Virus record (IMG/VR): IMGVR_UViG_3300033121_002101
Span: 64,001 to 128,000 of that record
Source: a virus
Taxonomy: Duplodnaviria; Caudoviricetes
Direction: 5' to 3' (one strand)
DNA: 64,000 bases
The position numbers were made by a program, and so were the translations under genes. The notes beneath the pieces are model-generated. The model was not told the origin of the DNA. It did no database searches and was given only the letters and a program-made list of their open reading frames with translations. Of this stretch, positions 37,602-47,823 are shown in pieces (within the stretch, counting starts at the first letter, position 1; each line of letters starts with the position of its first letter).

Positions 37602-38468
37602 ATGCTGATGAGTGATAAGACAACAATGAGAGATTTGATCGAAAATTCTAAAAAAATAGATCAAAAAGAAGTTCAACAAAAACAAGTTCCTTTGCCAGGT
37701 GACGAATTCTATGTTCCGCCTGTTACAACAGTTCCACTGCCAAGTAAAGGTGTTGTATACCCACCTGACAATGCTCTGTTTGATACAGATTCTCTTGACG
37801 TAAGAGCAATGATGGCGACAGATGAAGATATTATGACAAGCCCGAGTCTTATCAGAAAAGGTAAGATGTTATCTGCACTCATGCGTTCATGTGTTGTCAG
37901 TAGGACAATTGATCCAGACACAATGTTGACTGGTGATAGAAATGCATTGATGGTTGCTATTAGAAATAGCACATGGGGTCCAGAATATTCTGCTACGATA
38001 GTTTGTCCATCATGTCAAAAAGAAAATGATGTTACATTTGACTTAAGCAGACTTTCTATAAAAACGTTAGACGTAGAACCAGTTGAAGGTGTGGGCTCTA
38101 ATGTTTTTAAATTTGTTCTTCCACTTACGAAAAGAGAAGTATTTTTTAGACTGCTTAACTCTCGCCAAGTACAAGAAGGTGAAGAGATTATAGAAAATAC
38201 TAAAAAAGCAAGAGGACCTGGCGGACATGAAGAAAATGTTACATTAGGTCTTATAAATCAAATAGTTAGAGTATCTGGCGTTGAAGAAAAGAAGATTCCT
38301 CAATTTGTTAGATCACTGCCGGCAAGAGATTCAAGAGCGCTAAGAAGCTATATTGCATCAATTACACCAGATATCGATATGAAGCAAAATGTTGAATGTC
38401 CAGCATGTGCTAAACATATTGAGGTGGAGGTCCCGTTAACGGGAGAATTCTTTTGGCCTAAGGCCTAA
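37602..38468 (+). CDS. Baseplate hub subunit/tail assembly chaperone (T4 gp26-like)
   Basis: VPLPSKG, EDIM, GDRNALMVAIR...GPEY, two CxxC, ends EFFWP; upstream of tape measure. Confidence 0.85.
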   Translation: MLMSDKTTMRDLIENSKKIDQKEVQQKQVPLPGDEFYVPPVTTVPLPSKGVVYPPDNALFDTDSLDVRAMMATDEDIMTSPSLIRKGKMLSALMRSCVVSRTIDPDTMLTGDRNALMVAIRNSTWGPEYSATIVCPSCQKENDVTFDLSRLSIKTLDVEPVEGVGSNVFKFVLPLTKREVFFRLLNSRQVQEGEEIIENTKKARGPGGHEENVTLGLINQIVRVSGVEEKKIPQFVRSLPARDSRALRSYIASITPDIDMKQNVECPACAKHIEVEVPLTGEFFWPKA

Positions 38469-38649
38469 TAAAGAAGTACAAGATGCTACTTCATATTCAA
38501 GAAATGTAAGATGGGAAGAAACTTTCTTATTAGTTCAGCGTGGCGGGTTATCTGCTGAATATGTTGAAAGAATGCCAATACCTGTTAGGCATTGGTGGAT
38601 AGAACGTCTTAAAAAATACGAACAAGAGAAAAAAGGTAGCAATGAATAA
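38452..38649 (+). CDS. gp51-like C-terminal extension reached by a probable +1 frameshift
   Basis: The +1 frame is open 38440-38649 (FGLRPNKE...MPIPVRHWWIERL) with no usable start codon; slip site TTC TTT T. Confidence 0.65.
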   Translation, partial: FGLRPNKEVQDATSYSRNVRWEETFLLVQRGGLSAEYVERMPIPVRHWWIERLKKYEQEKKGSNE

Positions 38650-38672
38650 CTCTCTTGTGAGGTATTTAGTAG

Positions 38673-41600
38673 ATGGCTAGCGGAGGAGGATTCGAAGGCG
38701 ATGTAGGTTATGTTTCCACAGAAATGAGGAAAATAGCCAGCTATTCACGTGATATCGCTAGAAATTTAGAAAAATCTTCTACTATGTTCGTTAGTTTTGA
38801 GAAAGCTGCTAATAAAGCAGAACTCAAAATGAATGACATTGCTCGTAGAATGGAAAGATTAAACGAGCTAGGTGACAAAGGCGGATTTGATAAATTAAGA
38901 AAATCGCTTAGAGGTCTTGCTTCAGAACGTGGTGTTTTTCGCATGCTTGATTCTCTTGACAAGGGAATATCAAAAGTAGCAGACGGCATTGCGAAAATGG
39001 GTACTGGTATAATCGCAGAAACATTTGACTTTCTTGTAAGTAGTATTAAGCGAGTATATGAACTACAAGAGCGCTGGACACGCGCTATCGGTGGATTCAA
39101 TATGCGTATTGGCGGTATGACATCTGGGCTCAAGCAAGCGCAGAGAGCTGCTACAGCATGGTCTGGAACAATACGTGGCCTTACTAATGGAGACATTAAT
39201 GAAGGTATACAGATGTTCGAAGAATTCACAATGGCAATGTCAAGAGTGGTGTCACAAGGCGATGCCATGTCAAAATTTGGCTTGCAATTAGCTAGAGGCT
39301 TCAACTTAAGCGGCGACGGAGCTGGTAGACTTGCTTCTACTTTCGAAGATATGGGGGCATCTGCTGACCAAGCTATATCAACAATGTCAGAATTGATTGA
39401 TGCAGCTAACCTTGTGAATGTGCCAGTAAACCAACTAGCATCAGATGTGCTCGAAGCAAATACGTACATGGCAAGATTTGGTAAAGACGGTGCAAAAGGG
39501 TTTGTAACTGCTGCTGGGTATGCAAGACGTTTTGCAATGTCAATGCGTGAATTGCAAGCAGCAACAGAAAAATTCGATTTATTTGACGATGCAGCAGTAA
39601 CTGCAAGCAAACTGAACTCGACATTTGGTACACTCATTAACTCAGTTGACTTGATGTTGATGGATGATCCTGCTCAAAGAATAGAATATTTGAGACAACA
39701 GTTCCTTGCTCAGGGAAAGACATTTGATACTCTTTCTGTTAAAGAGCGCAGATTTGCGTCAGAGACAATGGGTGTCAACGACCAGCAGCTTGCTGCTCTT
39801 CTTAACTTAAAAGATGCAAACGTGTCTTATATGGACATCGTTGCAAAACAAAAAGAAAAAGAAGCAACAGACAGAGAAGCAAAGAAAAGAATGGAAGTGC
39901 AGTTACGCAAGACTGCACAAACAATGTATGCATTTGGTGCTGCATTCGACAGAATAACACTTGCAATAGCGAAAGCAATTAGACCATTGCTTGAAGTACT
40001 TGGACTTGCAAAAGCAGGTGGAAAAGACTTTAAGTCTTTCGGTCAAGTGATGGAATCAATCACTCAGACAATTATTTCTTTCTTTGAAAGTTTAGCTGGC
40101 AATGATAAATGGCAACTGCTCATGCGCAAGCTTGCAATGGGAATGAGAGATGTTGGAAAAGCAGTATCAAGTTTTGTAATGAGTGGTAAAGCTGCAAAAT
40201 GGGCCGGTGAACTTGCTGGCGCTATGGCAGATGTTTATGACTATGGTAAAAAAGCATTAACGTTTATGATTGATGCTGGCCGCAGATTACAGCCAGTAAT
40301 AAGTTTTATTGCTGACCACGTTAAAGAAATTGCAATTGCATGGGCTGCTTGGCAAGGAGCAAAATTAGCTGGCGGTTTTGCACAAAATTTAAGATCTGTT
40401 AATGCTATGATTCCAAAATGGAATACAGGCAAAGTTGGAACAGGAGCAACAATAGCTGAAGTTTCTGCTAGACATGCTGGTGTTTTCTCTGGCGGTGGCG
40501 CAGGTGCAGCTACATCTGGTAATGGAATAAACTGGGCAACAGCAACAGGCAACCCGTTCAATCCAGATGAAATGGAATTGAATAAAATTTCAGTAGGTGG
40601 AAGAAGCGGAAGACTTAGAAGCGGATTGAAATTTGGTGCTGGTGTTGGATTAACAACTGCACTCGCAACAGCTGCATCTGGAGGTTCTGCTGGTGAAAGT
40701 ATTGGATCTGGTTTAGGATCAGGAGCTGGAACTGCACTTGGAATGGCGTTTGGTGGTCCTGTTGGTGCTGCAATAGGTGGTGCAATAGGAGAATTTGCTG
40801 GAAGAAGAATAGGGTCAATGCTTGGCTCTTTAATGCATGGTGGACAATCACCGCTTGAAAAAGCAAGAAAAGAACTTACAACTGCAAGTCAAGCTCTTTC
40901 ACGCAATCAAAAACTGCAAAATGATATTGTTGAAACAATAAATGCACGCCAACTTGCGCAAGATGCAAAGAGAGCTGCAGTAGACTCAACAATAAACACA
41001 TTAGAAAACAAAGCAATAAGAAACAAAGGATCTGTTAACAAACTAACAGCAGATGAAGCAAGAAGAATTAAAGACAGAGCTTCAGAGTTTGTTAGGATGG
41101 GAATAAATGTAAGAGCAAACAACTCTGTAATTCAATCACTTACAAGTGGAACAAAATTAACAGATGCACAGTTAAGACAGTTAAGATCATCAACTGAAAC
41201 GTATAACACAAAACTTGAAGAGTTACGTCAAATAACACAGCGTGAACTTCAAATAAAGATGTCTGAACTTGAAGCAAGTCAACTTGCACAAAAGAAATCT
41301 GTTATTGAAGATCAAGTAAACCAAAAGAAAATAGAATTAGACAGAGAAAAAAATGCAGCGGCTGACATTAAATCAGGAGCTGTGACAAAAAGCTTTTCGA
41401 ACCTTGATGAAGAATTTGTCAAGTTTGTTGAAAAATCAAATCTTGGAATGGTTTCGAAAAGCAACTTGATGTCAAAGTATGGAGCAAGTAAGAAATACTC
41501 AACAGAAGAAGTAATTGCAAACATGAGTGATTCAGCTAGAAAAGCAGCTGAAAAAGATTTTGCAGTGTCAATGCAGAGAGAAAAAATAAACAAGCTTGAA

Positions 41601-42101
41601 CTTGATTTGAACAAAAGACAAAAGGATCTAGTTGACTTGACTGCAAATTTTGAGCACCAAAAGTTCATAATCTTTGCAAGAAGTGCAATCATGTCAGATT
41701 CAAGATACGCCGAATACCGCAATGCAAATGCAGGTAAATCAGAAAAAGATTTATTTAAAACGTTCTTAGAATCAAACACAGACGAGTTTAAGTCACTATA
41801 TGGCTCTGAGAATTTCTCTGAACTTCTTAGTGGAAGAGTTGCAATGGCTTCTGGTGGAATAGTGAGAGGTCCAACTCGTGCTCTTATTGGTGAGTCTGGT
41901 CCAGAAGCAGTAATTCCTCTTAGAGCAGTCGCAAAAAGTAGACTAGGAAAAGCGCTTGGTTTAAGCTCAAGTGGCCGCAGGAATATGGCTGGAAGCTCTG
42001 GAAACACAAGCATACACGTTGTAAGCAGTGATGTTGTTCTTGACGGAACAAAAGTTGGGCGTGCAATCACAAGAGTCGCGCTATCTAGTCCAGGTGCATG
42101 A
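38673..42101 (+). CDS. Tape measure protein
   Basis: 1142 aa, Ala-rich helical, Gly-rich hydrophobic segment, C-terminal MASGGIV.GPT.ALIGESGPEAVIPL. Confidence 0.9.
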   Translation: MASGGGFEGDVGYVSTEMRKIASYSRDIARNLEKSSTMFVSFEKAANKAELKMNDIARRMERLNELGDKGGFDKLRKSLRGLASERGVFRMLDSLDKGISKVADGIAKMGTGIIAETFDFLVSSIKRVYELQERWTRAIGGFNMRIGGMTSGLKQAQRAATAWSGTIRGLTNGDINEGIQMFEEFTMAMSRVVSQGDAMSKFGLQLARGFNLSGDGAGRLASTFEDMGASADQAISTMSELIDAANLVNVPVNQLASDVLEANTYMARFGKDGAKGFVTAAGYARRFAMSMRELQAATEKFDLFDDAAVTASKLNSTFGTLINSVDLMLMDDPAQRIEYLRQQFLAQGKTFDTLSVKERRFASETMGVNDQQLAALLNLKDANVSYMDIVAKQKEKEATDREAKKRMEVQLRKTAQTMYAFGAAFDRITLAIAKAIRPLLEVLGLAKAGGKDFKSFGQVMESITQTIISFFESLAGNDKWQLLMRKLAMGMRDVGKAVSSFVMSGKAAKWAGELAGAMADVYDYGKKALTFMIDAGRRLQPVISFIADHVKEIAIAWAAWQGAKLAGGFAQNLRSVNAMIPKWNTGKVGTGATIAEVSARHAGVFSGGGAGAATSGNGINWATATGNPFNPDEMELNKISVGGRSGRLRSGLKFGAGVGLTTALATAASGGSAGESIGSGLGSGAGTALGMAFGGPVGAAIGGAIGEFAGRRIGSMLGSLMHGGQSPLEKARKELTTASQALSRNQKLQNDIVETINARQLAQDAKRAAVDSTINTLENKAIRNKGSVNKLTADEARRIKDRASEFVRMGINVRANNSVIQSLTSGTKLTDAQLRQLRSSTETYNTKLEELRQITQRELQIKMSELEASQLAQKKSVIEDQVNQKKIELDREKNAAADIKSGAVTKSFSNLDEEFVKFVEKSNLGMVSKSNLMSKYGASKKYSTEEVIANMSDSARKAAEKDFAVSMQREKINKLELDLNKRQKDLVDLTANFEHQKFIIFARSAIMSDSRYAEYRNANAGKSEKDLFKTFLESNTDEFKSLYGSENFSELLSGRVAMASGGIVRGPTRALIGESGPEAVIPLRAVAKSRLGKALGLSSSGRRNMAGSSGNTSIHVVSSDVVLDGTKVGRAITRVALSSPGA

Positions 42102-44071
42102 TGGAAGATATTAAATTTAACCAACCAACAAGTCATAATCCAGATGGTGTTATAGGAGATACTGTAGATGAAGTTTCATCTCCATTTTCACAACCACCTT
42201 TGTATACACCAACAACCCATGAAAGTGATTTTGTTGAACCAGTAAGACATGATCCAGATCTTGTCGTTGGTGATACACTCAATGAAGTTAACAGCACATT
42301 TGCAGAACCTATACATCACGATCCGTCTCTTGTAATAGGAGATGTAATTTCAGAAGTTGAAATAATTCCTGGAATAACTGCTCCGCCCCCGCCGTTTAAT
42401 CCAAGTGATGTCCAACTTCCAGTACCTCATAATCCAACTGGCGTTATTGGTGATGATATAAGTGAGGTACAGGTATTAACCACGATTACGCCTGTGCATC
42501 CACCGTTCACACCAAGTGACGTACAGGTACCACCACCATATACACCACCTACACAAGTTGAAGTCCCCGTACTCACACCACCGGGACCACGACCAATACA
42601 AGAAATTCCGCAAAATGCTTTAGATCAAGCAAACTCATCTCAGCATATTCCAAAGACAATACAAGAAATACTTGCTGACCTTAAAAGTAAAGATGAAAAG
42701 CTAGAAGCAAGAGTTGCTGGATTAGATAGAGAATCTTTTTTCAACTCTCTGGGTGGACCAATAGGTGCAGCGGGTGGTCATGCACTTGACATAACAGCAA
42801 CAGCAAGATATGTTGAAAATTATGTAAAAGCTGCTGGTCCATCAGGAGTCGCTACATTTGTAGCAATACAAACAGCATTGCACAGAATGAATTCAAAGTA
42901 CGGCAAAGTGTTTAACCCACTTTACATTGCAACACTTGTTGGACCAAGCAGCTTTGCAAAAATAGCTTTAGATGTCGATGATTCAATTCATACAAGAATG
43001 ACATCTATAGAAGATGAACTTGCAGTGACACAAGCTCTTGCTGGTAAAGATGAATTTTCAAAGCAAGAAAATAACAACACATATGGTCCATCAAACAAAT
43101 ATTCAGAAGATTCAGTTCTGCTCAACGGACCATTTGTTGACTTGGCACTAGGTGGAATAAATGATCCACAAGGAGCAGCTATTGTTCAATCTATTTCAGA
43201 AAACGTCGACTATGGAAATGGTCTTAAAAGAAGACAGATAGACATGTCAAAGATGTTTGACAGAAGAACTGGAAAACTATTACCAAAATTCGCCGCCGGT
43301 TCAAACTCTAGAAAAAGTTCAACTGAAAATCAAAAGTTGATTAGATCTGCATTTAACTGGCAGGGATCAAAAGGTGTAATCCCAACAGCTTTTAACGTTG
43401 AAGATGAAGTATATGGAAATGTAAAAGACGAATTGGATGATGACGAAGTTTACATGCCATTCATGCTTCAAGATTTAAGACCAGACCCAAATGGTGATAC
43501 TAGAAAAGTTTATCTGAGAGCATTAAACATTCAAACAAACGAAAGCTTTTCTCCAAACTGGAATGAAGAAGAAGCATTTGGAAGAGTTGACCCGATAATG
43601 GGATATAAGTCTACTGGCAGAAGCATTGACTTGTCTTTTGCGATTAGGGCTTTTTCACCAGAAGATTTAAAAGTTTTATTGATGAAAAAGCACTGGATAA
43701 CATCAATGGTTTATCCATCTATCAGAGACGATTTAACAATGTCATCTGGGCCAATAGTAAGATTAAGATTGGGTGACCTCTACAATAACAATAGAGGTGG
43801 ATTACCAGGAATTATTAAATCGCTAGATTTTGATTACAATGAACAAATCTGGGAATTAAAGAGCGGATATAAAGTTCCGCACGGCTTTAATGTCAATATA
43901 AGCTTTCAAGTATTGCATGAAGCTACTCCAGGAATTAATAATGGAAGCTTTACAGCAGTAAGAGCAAGTATACCGCAAAGATCACAATCAGATCCATCTC
44001 GTTTTGATCCTATTGTAACTGAAATAGACGATGGATTATTTAGTGCTGTTAAGATTCCTAGGAGGAAATGA
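42098..44071 (+). CDS. Baseplate/tail-tube initiator-like protein with N-terminal Pro-rich repeats
   Basis: C-terminal ESFSPNW....FGRVDP..GYKSTGRSI.LSF...GPIVRLRLGD; four H(N/D)P..V(I/V)GD...EV repeats. Confidence 0.7.
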   Translation: MMEDIKFNQPTSHNPDGVIGDTVDEVSSPFSQPPLYTPTTHESDFVEPVRHDPDLVVGDTLNEVNSTFAEPIHHDPSLVIGDVISEVEIIPGITAPPPPFNPSDVQLPVPHNPTGVIGDDISEVQVLTTITPVHPPFTPSDVQVPPPYTPPTQVEVPVLTPPGPRPIQEIPQNALDQANSSQHIPKTIQEILADLKSKDEKLEARVAGLDRESFFNSLGGPIGAAGGHALDITATARYVENYVKAAGPSGVATFVAIQTALHRMNSKYGKVFNPLYIATLVGPSSFAKIALDVDDSIHTRMTSIEDELAVTQALAGKDEFSKQENNNTYGPSNKYSEDSVLLNGPFVDLALGGINDPQGAAIVQSISENVDYGNGLKRRQIDMSKMFDRRTGKLLPKFAAGSNSRKSSTENQKLIRSAFNWQGSKGVIPTAFNVEDEVYGNVKDELDDDEVYMPFMLQDLRPDPNGDTRKVYLRALNIQTNESFSPNWNEEEAFGRVDPIMGYKSTGRSIDLSFAIRAFSPEDLKVLLMKKHWITSMVYPSIRDDLTMSSGPIVRLRLGDLYNNNRGGLPGIIKSLDFDYNEQIWELKSGYKVPHGFNVNISFQVLHEATPGINNGSFTAVRASIPQRSQSDPSRFDPIVTEIDDGLFSAVKIPRRK

Positions 44072-44370
44072 TGGCTAGATCAAGATATTCAAATACAAGA
44101 ATTATTGATGGACATCATTATGCAACATGGAGAAATCCTGTTGCTGAACGAATGGATGGAGATATTTTAGAGGGCGTAAAAACATTTGATTATACATTCT
44201 CCATCGGAGATCGTCTTGACATACTTGCAGCAAAGTACCTTGGTGATGACAGATATTATTGGATCATTGCACTTGTAAACAATATAATTTGGCCGCTTGG
44301 AATAGAACCGGGAACTACTTTAAGAATACCAAAAGACGTTACACAAGTTTTAGAAAAATTACAGAGGTGA
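44068..44370 (+). CDS. LysM-like baseplate wedge protein (gp53/tail X-like)
   Basis: GDRLDILAAKYLGD..YYWIIALVN...GTTLRIP. Confidence 0.85.
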   Translation: MMARSRYSNTRIIDGHHYATWRNPVAERMDGDILEGVKTFDYTFSIGDRLDILAAKYLGDDRYYWIIALVNNIIWPLGIEPGTTLRIPKDVTQVLEKLQR

Positions 44371-44373
44371 TTC

Positions 44374-46146
44374 TTGTCATTCAAAAGAGGTGATTATCGT
44401 CCGTTCGTACGAGCTTCTATTTCAGCTCTTGATCAACTGCAAGCTGCTTCAAACGTTGAAATAGCAGCTTCTATTCCGTTTATTGATATTCGTCAAGTAA
44501 ATCAATTCACTGGTGAAATAATCGGTGAAAACATAATGAAAGAATTACTTTCTCCAGCAGACATTTCTGACGGTGTAAAGCAAACTTTCCAAGAAAGACC
44601 GCTTGTTGCAATGACATCACTTGAAGTCAAAACAGAGCAACAATATGGTTATGCATATAACACAATTGTCAACATGGAATTTACTGTTTATAGACCAGAT
44701 GTAGTTTTTTCTACAGATGAGTACAGTGCGTGGAGAGAATTGTTAGTTGAGGGAAATTGTTTCATATTGAGCTACGGTTGGGCAAGAAATTCTGCTATTT
44801 CAAATGATTTACTGAATGGCATTGGTTTTTATGATAAAGACACTGGTTTGCTTGTGCAAAGTAAAACATCTTTGTTAATAGCTATCGTAAAATATAGTGT
44901 TAGCATGGATCAAGCTGGAAATGTAAGATTCACAATGGAAGCTCGTACAATGGGAAACATTGGACTGAGACAAGTTTCTTTGATGCAAGAGTTAGTTGAA
45001 GAGTTTTTATCTGAAAAAAGAGATTCAACAGCTCTTATAAACGCAATATCAGATAGTCCAATAAGCACAATTAAAAATGTTCTGACTTCAATAACAGATG
45101 ACTTAGATATCAAAGTAATAGAAGCAATTCAGCTTCGTGTTAAATCATTAGATGAAAGATTGGGTTTTGTAAAAGATAGAAGAAGATTTTTAAAGCTTGG
45201 TGACATATTCGATTCTTTGATAGCTCCAATAGTTGAAAGAATGTGTTTGAGAATTGGCTATAAGCGAGCAGATCTTTTTCTTGGAAACTTTAACAAAAGA
45301 GCTGGGAAAACATCTTCTGATCTAGGTTCGATTGAATTGTCTAGCAAATCTATAGCTGAATTTCCTGTTCCTGTAAAATTGTTAAGAGATACACTGTCTA
45401 ATATACACCTAAAAGGCAAATTAATGCGCGTCGAATCTTTAGTTGAAGCTTTGTTGTCTTTAACAAGAGGACAAGCAAGATGGTCATCATCGACAAGATT
45501 TGTTCCCGCACTTTTTCCAATTGCTCATGATGTGATTGAAGGTGATGGAAATGTTTTTAGATATGCAATAGCAGATTCATATGATGGGTCAGATGTATTT
45601 GATGATCCTGATACTGCAATACCAAGTGAGTCAATTACTAAAAGTGAAGTATTTGAAAAGTTAATTGGTCGTGGTGTTCCGATAATAGAACCTGGAAGAA
45701 TAAACTCTATTGTTAAAACACTTTCATTTGAGATAGAACCAGAACCACTGCAAAGATCAATTTTTGCAGAAAGGCAATTAAAAACAAGAAAAGACAGAAT
45801 TCAACTAGTTGAACAACCTGATCCAAATGGTCTTGCTGGCAGAGCAAACAGTAAAACCGTAATACCACTTGGTACACTGCAAGGTAGCATGTCGATGGTT
45901 GGTAATTTTATCTTCAATATGTTTTCTTACGTCTGGGTAGAGTTTTTTGGTGCATATCCGATAAGTGGAATATACAACATAAGAGATAGAACAGATAGAA
46001 TAGAATCTGGCGTTTTTACAACAACTATCGGTGTAATAAGCGAAGGTATAGATCCATTCAACACAAGAAGAAGGCTATCTGCTGTTGAACTTTCAAATGA
46101 AAGAAAAGTTGCCGATGAAAGAAGGCGCTTGGCGAAAAAACGATAA
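44374..46146 (+). CDS. Putative baseplate hub protein
   Basis: Follows the LysM gene; LSYGW, and C-terminal SMVGN...SGIYNI....D.IESG.FTT pattern; TTG start with GAGG SD. Confidence 0.6.
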   Translation: MSFKRGDYRPFVRASISALDQLQAASNVEIAASIPFIDIRQVNQFTGEIIGENIMKELLSPADISDGVKQTFQERPLVAMTSLEVKTEQQYGYAYNTIVNMEFTVYRPDVVFSTDEYSAWRELLVEGNCFILSYGWARNSAISNDLLNGIGFYDKDTGLLVQSKTSLLIAIVKYSVSMDQAGNVRFTMEARTMGNIGLRQVSLMQELVEEFLSEKRDSTALINAISDSPISTIKNVLTSITDDLDIKVIEAIQLRVKSLDERLGFVKDRRRFLKLGDIFDSLIAPIVERMCLRIGYKRADLFLGNFNKRAGKTSSDLGSIELSSKSIAEFPVPVKLLRDTLSNIHLKGKLMRVESLVEALLSLTRGQARWSSSTRFVPALFPIAHDVIEGDGNVFRYAIADSYDGSDVFDDPDTAIPSESITKSEVFEKLIGRGVPIIEPGRINSIVKTLSFEIEPEPLQRSIFAERQLKTRKDRIQLVEQPDPNGLAGRANSKTVIPLGTLQGSMSMVGNFIFNMFSYVWVEFFGAYPISGIYNIRDRTDRIESGVFTTTIGVISEGIDPFNTRRRLSAVELSNERKVADERRRLAKKR

Positions 46147-46178
46147 TTCATTTATGTTATTATTAATTTCTAATAATA

Positions 46179-47282
46179 ATGGATGCCACATGCAGCGGAC
46201 AACTACCACCATCTAATAATAATAACGATATAGATTTAAGATTATTATTTGGTATATCTAAACAAGATTGTATATCTGAAATTTCTAATCTTATAGAAGA
46301 TAAGAAAGAATATATTGATCTCGTTTCACCTTTTTTAAAAGCTATAAAAACTTTAGAATTATCTAAAATAGAATGGAGAGGATTAGATCCTGAATCATTA
46401 ATGCCTAGAAAGTTTGTTTCTATGGTTTATGATGGTTTAAATCTAGCTTTAAGAAATAAAATAAAAGAAAAACAGATTGATGACGATTATAAAATAAATC
46501 AAAAGATATCAAAACTCTTTTCAAAGTCAGAGTGGGAAGGAATAATACTCGACATGAGTAGATTCTCACCTGAGTACAGGCAAGTAGTTGGTAAGCATTG
46601 TTTTGATGGCAAAAGAATACACCCGCAGATAAATGTCATTCCCAAAGAATCTACATCTAGAATGGGAACTAGAGGTGGATTTAATGTTATGGGATGGAAA
46701 AAATCTGAGCGTAATGCTTTGATTGCGCCTCCTGGATTTAAAATCTATTCAATAGACTTTAACGCAATGGATGTGCACAGCTTGGCTTCTCTTTTTCCAG
46801 AATCAAATTTATCATCTGTAATAGAGTTTGATGGAGATACATACAGTCAAATTTCAATTGAATTTGGTTTATCAGAAGACAGAAATTTGGTAAAATCAAC
46901 ATTCCTTCCAATCATTTATGGAGTTTCAAATAGCACACTATCTGAATCAACTGGAATAAAAGATTCAGACATTCAAAAAGTGCGTTTATTGATTAAACCA
47001 ATTCTTTCTAAAATGCCATGCGGAACTGACTTGGCTAGGCTAGTTCAAGAAACAAGTTCAATAGTTTTTAGAAAAACACTTGCAGATATTTCAGATAAGA
47101 TTTCAACATGTTGTACAGCTTTGTTTCCGATACACGATGAAATTATTTTCTTATCTCAGTCTGACAATGATATATTTAATATAGCAAATTGTATAGAACA
47201 AAGTGCAAAAGATATTTCAGGAAGTAGATATAAAACAAGGGTTTCTTCTGGCATTGATTTTGGTAATATGGTTAGATTATAA
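46179..47282 (+). CDS. Stand-alone, divergent family A DNA polymerase domain
   Basis: Motif A YSIDFNAMD, motif B RNLVKSTFLPIIYG, motif C PIHDEIIF; no exonuclease domains. Confidence 0.75.
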   Translation: MDATCSGQLPPSNNNNDIDLRLLFGISKQDCISEISNLIEDKKEYIDLVSPFLKAIKTLELSKIEWRGLDPESLMPRKFVSMVYDGLNLALRNKIKEKQIDDDYKINQKISKLFSKSEWEGIILDMSRFSPEYRQVVGKHCFDGKRIHPQINVIPKESTSRMGTRGGFNVMGWKKSERNALIAPPGFKIYSIDFNAMDVHSLASLFPESNLSSVIEFDGDTYSQISIEFGLSEDRNLVKSTFLPIIYGVSNSTLSESTGIKDSDIQKVRLLIKPILSKMPCGTDLARLVQETSSIVFRKTLADISDKISTCCTALFPIHDEIIFLSQSDNDIFNIANCIEQSAKDISGSRYKTRVSSGIDFGNMVRL

Positions 47283-47342
47283 TAAAAGTGTCTAATTTGC
47301 TATCTCTGAGACAACCACATTGACTTACATCATAACTATCAC

Positions 47343-47813
47343 ATGGCGATCCGTCCCTATTTAAGAGTAACAGAAGCTAAAGATGGAAGTGGAAGACAAA
47401 CGTTTAGCATTTCTTCTGCTTTTCTTCAAGAAATTATAAAAGAAGTCCTCGAAGAAGAGGAAAAAGAAGATAAACAGGAACCAGAGAAAAAACAAGCAAA
47501 AAAAACTGTTGATGTAGTTGATTCAGACAGTTCTGAACCAGATGACGAAAACCCAGATGTCCCAGCACCAGAAGATAAAGAAATAGAATCTGATGCATAT
47601 GGTGAAGAAAGCAAACCTGGAGATAAACTTTCTAATGAACTTGTTGGTAAAACAGTTCAAAGTATGACAATGGAACCGAGTTCTAAGCTTTTACCAGGTG
47701 CTCAAGAAATTGTCTTAACGTTCAATGAAATAACAGATCCTCTCAGGATTTTAGTCGGAAAAACTGGCAAGGTAAGTTTTTTCTTTCGTAACTCTTTACA
47801 CAATCTAGTATGA
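47343..47813 (+). CDS. Acidic hypothetical protein
   Basis: Intact 156-aa ORF; IIKEVLEE. Confidence 0.65.
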   Translation: MAIRPYLRVTEAKDGSGRQTFSISSAFLQEIIKEVLEEEEKEDKQEPEKKQAKKTVDVVDSDSSEPDDENPDVPAPEDKEIESDAYGEESKPGDKLSNELVGKTVQSMTMEPSSKLLPGAQEIVLTFNEITDPLRILVGKTGKVSFFFRNSLHNLV

Positions 47814-47823
47814 GGTATTTGTT

